Source of the DNA: a virus
Taxonomy: Duplodnaviria; Caudoviricetes
Length of the DNA stretch: 32,651 nucleotides
IMG/VR virus record: IMGVR_UViG_3300020045_010441
Span: 1-32,651 of that record
Reading direction: 5' to 3' (one strand)
The notes under the pieces were generated by a model. It did no database searches and was not told where the DNA came from. It saw only the letters and a list, made by a program, of their open reading frames with translations. A program made the translations under genes and the position numbers. This document shows positions 1 through 7,972 of the stretch, piece by piece; positions within the stretch are counted from its first letter, which is position 1, and every line of letters begins with the position of its first letter.

Positions 1-339
1 AACTGCTGTGTTTACGTTTACTGCATAAGCGACTGGAGTATAGGCAAGCCTTGTGCCTGTAAAACTCCCAGAGTAAGCGCCGTTTTTATATGCAAAACAC
101 TCATAGCCTGTTGTAGCAAGATCAGCGTTGAGTGTTACGTCAAGAATGCAAAGATATTTCCCGGGTTTATTTGCTGTGAAGCGCCCGGTTGTTGTGTTGA
201 ATTGCCCCTCAAGGTCATTTGTTTTAGCGTTGAAAACTATTTCATCAGTGGCGCCAGCACCTACCGACTGATTGCTTGTGTCTCGATAGCCCTGAAGAAT
301 CGTTTGAATCGTAAGACCTGTGCTTTGAAAAAGCTGCAT
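1..339 (-). CDS. C1q-like domain virion protein (partial, runs off left edge; not in ORF track)
   Basis: Hand translation from ATG 339: MQLFQSTGLTIQTILQGYRDTSNQSVGAGATDEIVFNAKTNDLEGQFNTTTGRFTANKPGKYLCILDV..., open to base 1. FNxxTGxFTAxxPGxY is the C1q/TNF-like signature. GGGGGG SD at 343-348. Confidence 0.7.
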   Translation of the reverse strand, partial: MQLFQSTGLTIQTILQGYRDTSNQSVGAGATDEIVFNAKTNDLEGQFNTTTGRFTANKPGKYLCILDVTLNADLATTGYECFAYKNGAYSGSFTGTRLAYTPVAYAVNVNTAV

Positions 340-355
340 AAACCCCCCGAAGGTG

Positions 356-380
356 GGAGGGGGAAGCGATGCCCCCCTCC
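356..380. terminator. GC-rich stem-loop after the head operon (attenuator/terminator-like)
   Basis: GGAGGGGG (356-363) pairs with CCCCCTCC (373-380). It is intergenic, but no U-tract follows on the minus strand. Confidence 0.45.
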
Positions 381-394
381 AATGAAAAAGCTAA

Positions 395-838
395 TTAATA
401 ACCAAACGAAGTCTTGATGTCTTGAGTTGCTTTATACACAACCGAGATACCAAGTGACTTCACAGCAGCGTCAGCGCCGCCGCCAACTGCAACAAATTGG
501 TCATTTGCCAAAAGATTTAACAAACTATTCCCAGCAGAAACCTGCACAACGGTTTGAATGCCCGAAGTAGAAAATTCTTCCAGAGTTAAGGTTGTAAATC
601 CCGCAGTCAAAGTGGTAAAACCGGACCCAGCAATGAATCGGTTAATACCGAAATCAAGTGTTGGTGTTCCAGAAAGACCATGAGCAGACACTAAAATGCC
701 CGAAAGGGTAGAGGGAAACGGAATTGCTACAGCCGTTAAGGTTGTACCAGTTGTTGCCCCTACCGCAACAGCACCAAAAGCAGCGCGGGCAACTTTTAAT
801 TGCTCGCTTGCTCCTAAGTCCCTATTTACGATTGCCAT
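395..838 (-). CDS. putative capsid decoration/minor structural protein (paralogue 2)
   Basis: 147 aa, rich in small beta-forming residues, downstream of the capsid gene. Clearly paralogous to 851-1282 (MAIVNRDLxASEQxKV...KATQDIKTSFGY). Confidence 0.65.
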   Translation of the reverse strand: MAIVNRDLGASEQLKVARAAFGAVAVGATTGTTLTAVAIPFPSTLSGILVSAHGLSGTPTLDFGINRFIAGSGFTTLTAGFTTLTLEEFSTSGIQTVVQVSAGNSLLNLLANDQFVAVGGGADAAVKSLGISVVYKATQDIKTSFGY

Positions 839-850
839 TGAATCCCCCTA

Positions 851-1282
851 TTAATAACCAAATGAGGTTTTAATATCTTGAGTTGCCTTCAGCACGATAC
901 CAATATCAAGCGACTTCACAGCAGCATTTGAAGCGCCAGAAGTTGCACAGATAATGTCATTTGCTTGCAAGTTCAAGAGCGTGTTGCCGCTTGAAACTGA
1001 AACAACTGATTGAATGCCTGAAGTAGAAAACTCAACTGCGGTCAAAGTGGTGAAGCCAGCGGTGATCGTGGTAACACCTGTTCCTACGATAAATCGAAGA
1101 ATCGAAAAAGCGTAGGTTGGTGTTCCGGACAAGCCGTGAGCAGCAACAACAATGCCATCAAGGGTAGCGGGATACGGTACTGCTAGAACTGGCAATGTGA
1201 TGCCTGTAGCAGTTGCAGCGAATGAAGCGTTAAAAACTTTACGCTGTTCGCTGGCTTCTAAATCTCTGTTTACAATAGCCAT
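851..1282 (-). CDS. putative capsid decoration/minor structural protein (paralogue 1)
   Basis: 143 aa, AAGGAG SD, paralogous to 395-838. Confidence 0.65.
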   Translation of the reverse strand: MAIVNRDLEASEQRKVFNASFAATATGITLPVLAVPYPATLDGIVVAAHGLSGTPTYAFSILRFIVGTGVTTITAGFTTLTAVEFSTSGIQSVVSVSSGNTLLNLQANDIICATSGASNAAVKSLDIGIVLKATQDIKTSFGY

Positions 1283-1302
1283 TTGAAAACTCCTTTAAAT
1301 TG

Positions 1303-1758
1303 TTAGCTCAAGGTTGACGTATTGACGTCATTTGTAGCCTTGGCAAATTCTGATCGGAAATCATGCGCGAAGGCTTCAGCTTTATTTCTGAAATCTTTTG
1401 CGTCTGACTCTTTTCCTTTTTCGTAACTTTCCATTAATTCGTCTGCCAATCTATCTCTCACCCACAAATCGCACGACTTGATTTTTGCCATGATTGGTTC
1501 AATGCCCCAGTCAACGGCTTCAGTTCTAGGCGTCCAATCTTCAGTGAGTGAGAAGATATAATGTGGCGAGGAAATAGAGACATGAATAACAGCACTAGCC
1601 TTTGAATCGCTTCCACCAACTAAACTTTCATCAAGAGCAATTGGCGCATAGCGAAACCCCTGCCTAAAAACTTGAATTACTCCATTTTTTTTTGCAGCAA
1701 ACAACATTCTGTCGTGTGCTTTCAAGGCTTGGGTTATTCTTTCGACTCTATCCCTCAT
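1303..1758 (-). CDS. hypothetical phage protein following the capsid gene
   Basis: 151 aa, AGGAG SD, fills the gap between capsid and decoration genes. Confidence 0.8.
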   Translation of the reverse strand: MRDRVERITQALKAHDRMLFAAKKNGVIQVFRQGFRYAPIALDESLVGGSDSKASAVIHVSISSPHYIFSLTEDWTPRTEAVDWGIEPIMAKIKSCDLWVRDRLADELMESYEKGKESDAKDFRNKAEAFAHDFRSEFAKATNDVNTSTLS

Positions 1759-1772
1759 TTTCTTAACTCCTA

Positions 1773-2996
1773 TTATGGGCTAACGAAGTTCGTTAGTCGT
1801 GCGCAAGCTGCTGGGTGTTCGTTAAACAATTCAGCAAAGAATCGAATACGAACTTCCAACTGGTCCGCGCTGGTTTGCGCGATATACATAGAACCTGTTT
1901 CATCCGCAAATTCCATTTCGCTCAAGACGTACATTTTCAGTACTTCTGCGGGCAAGAAATAAAAATCACGGCTCATGTCTTTGTCTGGCACTACAGGAAT
2001 ACCGGAAAAATCCATGTAGAACTTGTCAGCCTTACCGAAAGTTCCGTCACCTTGAACTGTGTTGGAATAACGCTTGTCTGGTACTAACAATTTTTGGTAG
2101 CTGCGAAGCCCCAAGGTGTAATCAGTCCATACGGCGTTGTACTTAGCACCGCCACGACGTAAGCCTTCATTATACACGTTTTGCATTGTATCTAATGAAA
2201 GTTGAGCGCCCGAAGCGTCTAGATAGTTACCTTGGAAAGCAATTTGAACAGATCGGTCTACGCTGAAAACTGTGGAAGTTGCACCGTCAAGCTGTGTAGC
2301 AAGACCGGACATTTCAGAGTTTAACGAACCAGAACGAATCAAAACGTCACCAACTGCGGCTGTTACGTTAGAGTCAAGAGTCAGCGTTGCAGTTGTGCTG
2401 CTTGCTGTTCCTGAAGTGATTGCTGAAACCGTTACGCCTTGGGCTTTGTAAGCGCCAGCGGTCGTTACAATATCAAGAACCATTCCAACATCTACGAATC
2501 GCAAAGCAGCGTCAGAAGTTTGACGTCCTTTGATTACGATTGAATTGGTGCCGCTTGCTGCGGTGTTAATCAAAGCAAGGTCGCCAGTTCCATCCCAGCT
2601 TAATTGTCGGTTAACATCGCTGGACAAATCTTTGTAGCCCATTTCCAATTCGTAAGCAGCAGCGCGAACAAACGAACCAACGTCTGATTGCGAGGCTTTA
2701 ATCATGGGGCCCGAAACGCCAAAGCGTAAGTAGTTAAACTTTGCGGGAATGATTGCTTGAACCGTGGTTTGTCGACCAATGGTCGGCAATGTTCCACCGT
2801 CTGAAGTTGCACCGATACCAGGATTTCTGCGAGTACGAACTGGGCGAATAACTTGTTGCCCACTCCAGCCTTGCTTTACTTTCTCAGCAGCGCGGTAAAT
2901 AGGAATGTCTTCGTTGAGTTGGTCAACGATTGGACCTTGATAGTAGTTTTTTAGTGAGGCCAACCCGGAGGTTATGCCTTGAAATTGGTTTGCCAT
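1773..2996 (-). CDS. major capsid protein (HK97 fold)
   Basis: 407 aa directly after scaffold and portal. LKNYYQGPIVDQLN start, GIPVVPDKDM and C-terminal NEHPAACARLTN match phage capsid patterns. AAGGA SD. Confidence 0.88.
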   Translation of the reverse strand: MANQFQGITSGLASLKNYYQGPIVDQLNEDIPIYRAAEKVKQGWSGQQVIRPVRTRRNPGIGATSDGGTLPTIGRQTTVQAIIPAKFNYLRFGVSGPMIKASQSDVGSFVRAAAYELEMGYKDLSSDVNRQLSWDGTGDLALINTAASGTNSIVIKGRQTSDAALRFVDVGMVLDIVTTAGAYKAQGVTVSAITSGTASSTTATLTLDSNVTAAVGDVLIRSGSLNSEMSGLATQLDGATSTVFSVDRSVQIAFQGNYLDASGAQLSLDTMQNVYNEGLRRGGAKYNAVWTDYTLGLRSYQKLLVPDKRYSNTVQGDGTFGKADKFYMDFSGIPVVPDKDMSRDFYFLPAEVLKMYVLSEMEFADETGSMYIAQTSADQLEVRIRFFAELFNEHPAACARLTNFVSP

Positions 2997-3007
2997 TTTC
3001 TAATCCT

Positions 3008-3844
3008 TTAAGTTGAACGGCCCCTAAGATCATCAATCATAAAATTCTTAACGTCTTTGAGAGCCATTTTTGTTGGGGCTTGTCCAGGTACTCCACCGCC
3101 GCCAGCGATGTCTTTACCCTTCTCAGCCGCTTGTTTTTGCTGTTTTACTTGCTCTGCATAATGAGACTTGTACCGTTCCTGATTTCTGTCATTAACAGCG
3201 CTCCACAACTTATCCCAAACCTTATCATCAAGCTTCACGCCTTGCTTTAGTGCGATGTCAGCGCGAGCTAGCACCGTTTCTTCGTCAGCAAGTGGATATT
3301 TCTTAGATAAAGTCTTGAAAGTGGCATCAAGCTGCGCTTCGATTGCCGCAACTTCTTTTTCTTCAGCTTCTTTTTGAAACTTGGAAAGCTTACTTTCTAG
3401 TTGTTGGAATTTCTGCATGAAAGCTTGATCGGGTTCGGCTTTCTGCTCATTCTTCACAGCTTGTAGCGGTGTTTTCGACTGACTTAAAACCGCATCAAGT
3501 ACACCATGATACTTTTCTGGGTAAATCTTGCGAAATTCGTCTGCAAGTTGTGGGTTTTTGATTACGGACGAAAGGTCATGATTGAGGTTATCGACAAATT
3601 TTCGTTCCTCAGCCAAGGCTTGCGTCTTTTTGGTGTAATCACTTTGCATCATGAAAGAACGCTCGAAATCTTCGCGCGTCATTTCTTTGCCCTTATACAT
3701 TACCTTCTCAAGCTTATCCAATTCCGGTATTTCCGGGGTGCTGTCTTCTGCTTGATCGGGTGATTCTTGTTGACGAGCTTCCCCGCCAACGTCTTTTCCT
3801 TCCGCGAGGTCATTATTCATGGCCTCCATTGCTTTCTCGAACAT
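3008..3844 (-). CDS. capsid scaffolding protein
   Basis: Acidic N-terminus, scaffold-type motif QSDYTKKTQALAEERK, coiled-coil, immediately upstream of the capsid gene. AGGAG SD. Confidence 0.82.
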   Translation of the reverse strand: MFEKAMEAMNNDLAEGKDVGGEARQQESPDQAEDSTPEIPELDKLEKVMYKGKEMTREDFERSFMMQSDYTKKTQALAEERKFVDNLNHDLSSVIKNPQLADEFRKIYPEKYHGVLDAVLSQSKTPLQAVKNEQKAEPDQAFMQKFQQLESKLSKFQKEAEEKEVAAIEAQLDATFKTLSKKYPLADEETVLARADIALKQGVKLDDKVWDKLWSAVNDRNQERYKSHYAEQVKQQKQAAEKGKDIAGGGGVPGQAPTKMALKDVKNFMIDDLRGRST

Positions 3845-3890
3845 CTTAACTCCTGGGCCTCTTGTTATGAGGCAACATGGTTGGTTAAGA
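3844..3890 (-). promoter_or_regulatory. nested inverted repeat enclosing the scaffold SD and start (putative translational operator)
   Basis: Outer arms TCTTAAC 3844-3850 / GTTAAGA 3884-3890; inner arms GCCTC 3857-3861 / GAGGC 3869-3873. Confidence 0.45.
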
Positions 3891-3902
3891 GCTTTATTGC
3901 CC

Positions 3903-4364
3903 TTACTTTTTCATTCCTTCACGGACGCGCTCGCCCAATGAAAGAGATTTTTTACCTTTTGGTGAATTGTAACCTTTGAGCATTTCACTTTTGAATTGCT
4001 CTTGCATGGGGTCGCCAGCTTTTAATTGCTCTGGCAATCCCTTTTTCTTTGGTGCGTTTTTAGTTGCACCGGATAAGTCTGACTCTGTTTTCTCTTTGTC
4101 TTCGACATCGGGAGCAAGACCTAGCTTTATTGATAGAGCGTTTTCTTTCGATTCTTCGCTTTCTTCTTTGTCCTCGTGCTTAGCTTCACCTTCATCGCTT
4201 CCACCAAGCCCGATAGCAATAAGAATTTTCTTCTCAGCCGACTCTTCGTTAGGGGTTTCTTGCGCTTCATGCTCCGGGCTCCCTTCTTCTGGTCCAAATA
4301 GTTTTTGAACATCAATACCTTTTTTTAACTTCAATCTGTCCATTGCCGATTTCATTGCGCTCAT
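3903..4364 (-). CDS. acidic, probably disordered hypothetical protein between portal and scaffold
   Basis: 153 aa, E/K-rich (EGSPEHEAQETPNEESAE). Start overlaps the portal stop. Confidence 0.8.
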   Translation of the reverse strand: MSAMKSAMDRLKLKKGIDVQKLFGPEEGSPEHEAQETPNEESAEKKILIAIGLGGSDEGEAKHEDKEESEESKENALSIKLGLAPDVEDKEKTESDLSGATKNAPKKKGLPEQLKAGDPMQEQFKSEMLKGYNSPKGKKSLSLGERVREGMKK

Positions 4365-6433
4365 AATTGCCCGCCTCCCTGCGGTGGAATTGGATTTTGA
4401 TTAGGTTGTCTTATTTCTGGCTCTGCGTTTTCATCAATAGGCGTTGACCCTTCGGCCAAATGAGCTTGCGACTGCGCATTCATGTCACGCGCAACGGCTA
4501 ACTCTTGGTGCAAGCCTGGGTTTAATAGCTCAACCATTGCTTGCGTGTGTTGCTCGATGTTTTGAAGCAATACTTGTTTGGCAATGTCAGACATTGACAG
4601 AAACTTGTCGGATTTTCTAATTCTGTTTTTCTCTGTAATGTGAAGTTGGTGATTGTCTAGTTCATTAACCTCTGGGGGAATGCCTTGCTCAATCATATCC
4701 ATGTCACGCTGAATTTGCGACTGATCGACTGCTTCTTCTTCCCACATACCGCCCACATCGCCATATTCGAGCAGCGATAGCACCTTTTCTCTCACCTTGG
4801 GGTCTTGTGGATTTCCAAGTAAGCCTTGCCCATAGGTGTTTAGAATTTCTTGTCTGCGAAGCACCTTAGAACTTGGAACAGTTGAGCCACGGATAACAAT
4901 TACGTCATTGTTGCCCCGAATATCTGCGCCAGTGAAGCCCTTGACATTGTGTTCCATAGACTTGCCAGAGATTTTCAGAAGTCTTTCGTTCTTATAAAAG
5001 CGCTCAGTGTAAAGAAGAAGCAAGCGCCCGACTTGTGCCCAGGCGTACTCATTTGATTCGCTAACAACGCCAACGCGGGTTTCATCTTGCTCTTGAAGAA
5101 ACGCCATACCAGCATAGGGCATTGACGCGCTTGGCAATGTCCCCCTTGAAATCTCATTGATGCCAGCAATGTCATACATCATTGATTGAAGCTTTTCTTC
5201 TTCTTGGTAGGCATATTGAGGAATTACCGGAACAGTGACCGCTTGAGGCATCCCACCGCCAGGTACAGGGTTGTATTCAATGATCTCGCCACTCTGATCA
5301 TTCATTACTTCAGTTCCCATGCCATGACCTTTGGGCGCAATATACTTACCAGCCAGAAGCTTGTTCACCCAGTCGGCTCTCTTATTAATGACGCGGTTGT
5401 ACTGATCTTGAATAGGTCTCAAGTGAGTGATTACTGATTCAGAATTATACTTGCCGCCAATAATAACATCGTCAAACTTCACAAAAGGAATTTCCCCGGC
5501 GGGAAGCTCTTTGTTCATCAACAAAACGCCGTTTGCTGTAACAATTAACCGACCATTAGGATATTTTTCAGAAGGTCGCTCATAATAGGCTAACTCAATC
5601 GCTGAATTTTTCATCTGAGCAGTTGCACCGCTGCCAGCGCCGCCCGAAGTATTCATTGCATTGATTCGCATTTCATATTGCGTTGATAAAAGCCAGGGGC
5701 CTTCTTCTTTTACAAGAGCGCCTCGGTCGGGATAGTGTGAGCGAAAATAATCTAGCTTTCTTACCTTCGCCTGAACGAACCATTGGCATTCTTCAAATGT
5801 TTTTCCAAGTGGGTCTGCGTACATTTCAAAAGCCGACACAACATCGGCTCGAATATCACCTTCGCGTGTCAAATTTCCGGTAGAGGGGTCAAGAATTTGA
5901 CGGCCCATCATTGGGTCGAAGCTAATCTTCATGTAAGCATGACCGCATTGCTGTAACCACATATAAAGAAGCAAGCGTTTTTGATTAATTCGCTCCCGGT
6001 CCCAGTGCATATTTATTATTTGAAGAGAGAGCCTTGCCGCGTCTTTGTCTTCGGTCGCATTTGAGTTGGGCCGAACATCATAGCGAGGTGGGTTTTTCGC
6101 AAGACGCGCAAGGCGGTTTTGAACAGTTGGCAAAATCTTATTTACATGCAAACGATTTCTAGAAAGATACCTTGCCGCTGTGTTGTTCGGTCGAAACTGC
6201 TTTGTAGTTGTGTCATAAACGACCGAGTCGTACCCCAACAAATATGCCGTATTGGTCATCCAAATGCCCTCGGCGCTAACTCTTGCGCCAGAGCCTCGAA
6301 CGTCACTTATTTTCTGCTTAATGTAGCCAACCAAATCAATTTCATCTTTTGATTGATCATTTACGCTTTCAACTTTAGGTGCTCCGCTTTGAGCGCCCAT
6401 CATTCTGTCCATTACTCCATCGAACAGTCCCAT
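4361..6433 (-). CDS. portal protein (P22-like)
   Basis: 690 aa between the terminase nuclease gene and the scaffold. Motifs NKILPTVQNRLA, LRPIQDQYN, DIAGINEISRG. GAGG SD. Confidence 0.88.
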   Translation of the reverse strand: MGLFDGVMDRMMGAQSGAPKVESVNDQSKDEIDLVGYIKQKISDVRGSGARVSAEGIWMTNTAYLLGYDSVVYDTTTKQFRPNNTAARYLSRNRLHVNKILPTVQNRLARLAKNPPRYDVRPNSNATEDKDAARLSLQIINMHWDRERINQKRLLLYMWLQQCGHAYMKISFDPMMGRQILDPSTGNLTREGDIRADVVSAFEMYADPLGKTFEECQWFVQAKVRKLDYFRSHYPDRGALVKEEGPWLLSTQYEMRINAMNTSGGAGSGATAQMKNSAIELAYYERPSEKYPNGRLIVTANGVLLMNKELPAGEIPFVKFDDVIIGGKYNSESVITHLRPIQDQYNRVINKRADWVNKLLAGKYIAPKGHGMGTEVMNDQSGEIIEYNPVPGGGMPQAVTVPVIPQYAYQEEEKLQSMMYDIAGINEISRGTLPSASMPYAGMAFLQEQDETRVGVVSESNEYAWAQVGRLLLLYTERFYKNERLLKISGKSMEHNVKGFTGADIRGNNDVIVIRGSTVPSSKVLRRQEILNTYGQGLLGNPQDPKVREKVLSLLEYGDVGGMWEEEAVDQSQIQRDMDMIEQGIPPEVNELDNHQLHITEKNRIRKSDKFLSMSDIAKQVLLQNIEQHTQAMVELLNPGLHQELAVARDMNAQSQAHLAEGSTPIDENAEPEIRQPNQNPIPPQGGGQL

Positions 6434-6441
6434 TTTTTACC

Positions 6442-6651
6442 TCAAATCAAGTCTTGTAGTGCGCCCATGTCTTCTTGCATTTCTTCAATCGGCTTTTGTT
6501 GCTGCGGCTGAAAGGGTTTAATCACTTCAGCAACCTTGTAATCGTAATAATGACGGCTCATTAATTTATTGAGCAATCTTTGAATCTGAAAAAGAAAAAA
6601 GATTTGTTGAAAAACCAAGACGCCAGCTAGGACAAAAATAGCAAATTCCAT
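6442..6651 (-). CDS. small membrane-anchored hypothetical protein
   Basis: 69 aa with a hydrophobic N-terminal helix. Start overlaps the upstream TGA. Confidence 0.7.
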   Translation of the reverse strand: MEFAIFVLAGVLVFQQIFFLFQIQRLLNKLMSRHYYDYKVAEVIKPFQPQQQKPIEEMQEDMGALQDLI

Positions 6652-6956
6652 CAGTACACCTTTTCGCTTTCTAGTTTGTCCAAGTCTTCTTTTTCACCGT
6701 CTACATAGATTCTAACAGCGGGAATGCCGTCAGTGAAAGACCTGGAGTTAATGTCTGGAGTTAAGGCCATGTAATCTTCTTCCGCTAGTTCAACAAAAGT
6801 TTGACCCGATTCTCTTGCTGCTTCAATAATTTCTTGAGCTTTTTTCTTACCAACTGGGGCTTTCGTCTTGCGCTTCTTCTCTGGCAAACTTGTGGGCGTT
6901 TCGACGATACCAGGCTTCGTAGGCATCTGCATTGGCGGGAGTTGGTTCTTTATCAT
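6651..6956 (-). CDS. hypothetical protein (start uncertain; probably ATG 6956 rather than 7103)
   Basis: AAGGA precedes ATG 6956 (MIKNQLPP...). Its stop overlaps the next start. Overlaps the last 110 nt of the terminase nuclease gene. Confidence 0.55.
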   Translation of the reverse strand: MIKNQLPPMQMPTKPGIVETPTSLPEKKRKTKAPVGKKKAQEIIEAARESGQTFVELAEEDYMALTPDINSRSFTDGIPAVRIYVDGEKEDLDKLESEKVY

Positions 6957-7653
6957 CTTGATTTTCCTTTTCAGGGTAAGAAACAATTGATTCAATTTGT
7001 GACAGAGCGTCAATAAGATCATCGTGGGAGCCGCGAGGAAATTGAGAAAGCTCCATTTCAAGGTCCACAAGGCCCTGTGCAAGAAGTATTTGCCCCCATT
7101 CAAAGCGTGGGACCAATGTTCTAATGCGCATTTCTTTCGTTCTATCTGTGCCAGGGTGAACGTCCTTTAAAGGGATTACTGTTTGGCGCTTTCTCATTTC
7201 TTCACTTAAAAGGTAGATTAGCGCTTTTTGATATGCAACCGACTCGATACCTATTCCGAAGGGCCGATGCGCCGCGTTTAAGTTGAAAATCAAGTCAATG
7301 ATTTGAGTCGGGGTCATTCTTTTACGCAAAGCTGATCTAACGAACCAAGTCCCATTGCAATCTGCGTCTACAATGACAATTGCTGTGTAATCTGCACCAA
7401 CGTCTTGTGAAATAGCGGGGTCAATGAAGATAAACGTGCGACACCCGACCGGGACGTGGTGATAGTATTTAATCCAATCTTTCTTAAAAGTCTGTTCAGA
7501 GTCGGGAATGATCTCGTTTTGATATTGGTTGGCGTAAAGATAAGAGCCCATTGTTTTGTGAGCGCCCAAAAGAAATTCGTGAGTTAATTTTTCTGGAAAT
7601 AGCAGAGAGCCATCGTCACGAACTGCTTTTTCGTACACTATTGACCAAGACAA
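6847..7653 (-). CDS. terL: terminase large subunit, C-terminal part (lid segment plus RNase H-like nuclease)
   Basis: GSLLFPEK...YANQYQNE lid segment; nuclease motifs FIDPAIS, DYTAIV, IESVAYQKAL, KEMRI, FPRGSHDDLIDAL. Own TTG start with TAAGGA SD. Confidence 0.92.
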   Translation of the reverse strand: MSWSIVYEKAVRDDGSLLFPEKLTHEFLLGAHKTMGSYLYANQYQNEIIPDSEQTFKKDWIKYYHHVPVGCRTFIFIDPAISQDVGADYTAIVIVDADCNGTWFVRSALRKRMTPTQIIDLIFNLNAAHRPFGIGIESVAYQKALIYLLSEEMRKRQTVIPLKDVHPGTDRTKEMRIRTLVPRFEWGQILLAQGLVDLEMELSQFPRGSHDDLIDALSQIESIVSYPEKENQDDKEPTPANADAYEAWYRRNAHKFAREEAQDESPSW

Positions 7654-7654
7654 T

Positions 7655-7972
7655 TTATTTCCTTAGCAAGTAAATCGCAGCCAACAAAACAACAACGCCC
7701 CAAATGATTGCTGAAACATGACTTTTCTTTTTAAATTCAAGATCAATCATGTTTTCAATCCCATCTCTTTCGATTTCTAAGTTGCGAATTGCTTTTTCCA
7801 CGCCGTTCATTGGGACAATTTTTCCCTTAGACAATTTCCAAAAATGAGGTGGGACATTTTTAACCACTGAAAGGTCTGGGTTAACTACAACGCACGAATG
7901 CCCATGATATTTCTTGCCAGCATCGCCGTGAATTATTCTCGCATTGTTTCTTGTGAAAACTACGGTAATCAT
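7655..7972 (-). CDS. hypothetical tail-fibre-associated protein with C-terminal transmembrane helix
   Basis: 105 aa, abuts the fibre stop; ends in IIWGVVVLLAAIYLLRK. Confidence 0.7.
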   Translation of the reverse strand: MITVVFTRNNARIIHGDAGKKYHGHSCVVVNPDLSVVKNVPPHFWKLSKGKIVPMNGVEKAIRNLEIERDGIENMIDLEFKKKSHVSAIIWGVVVLLAAIYLLRK

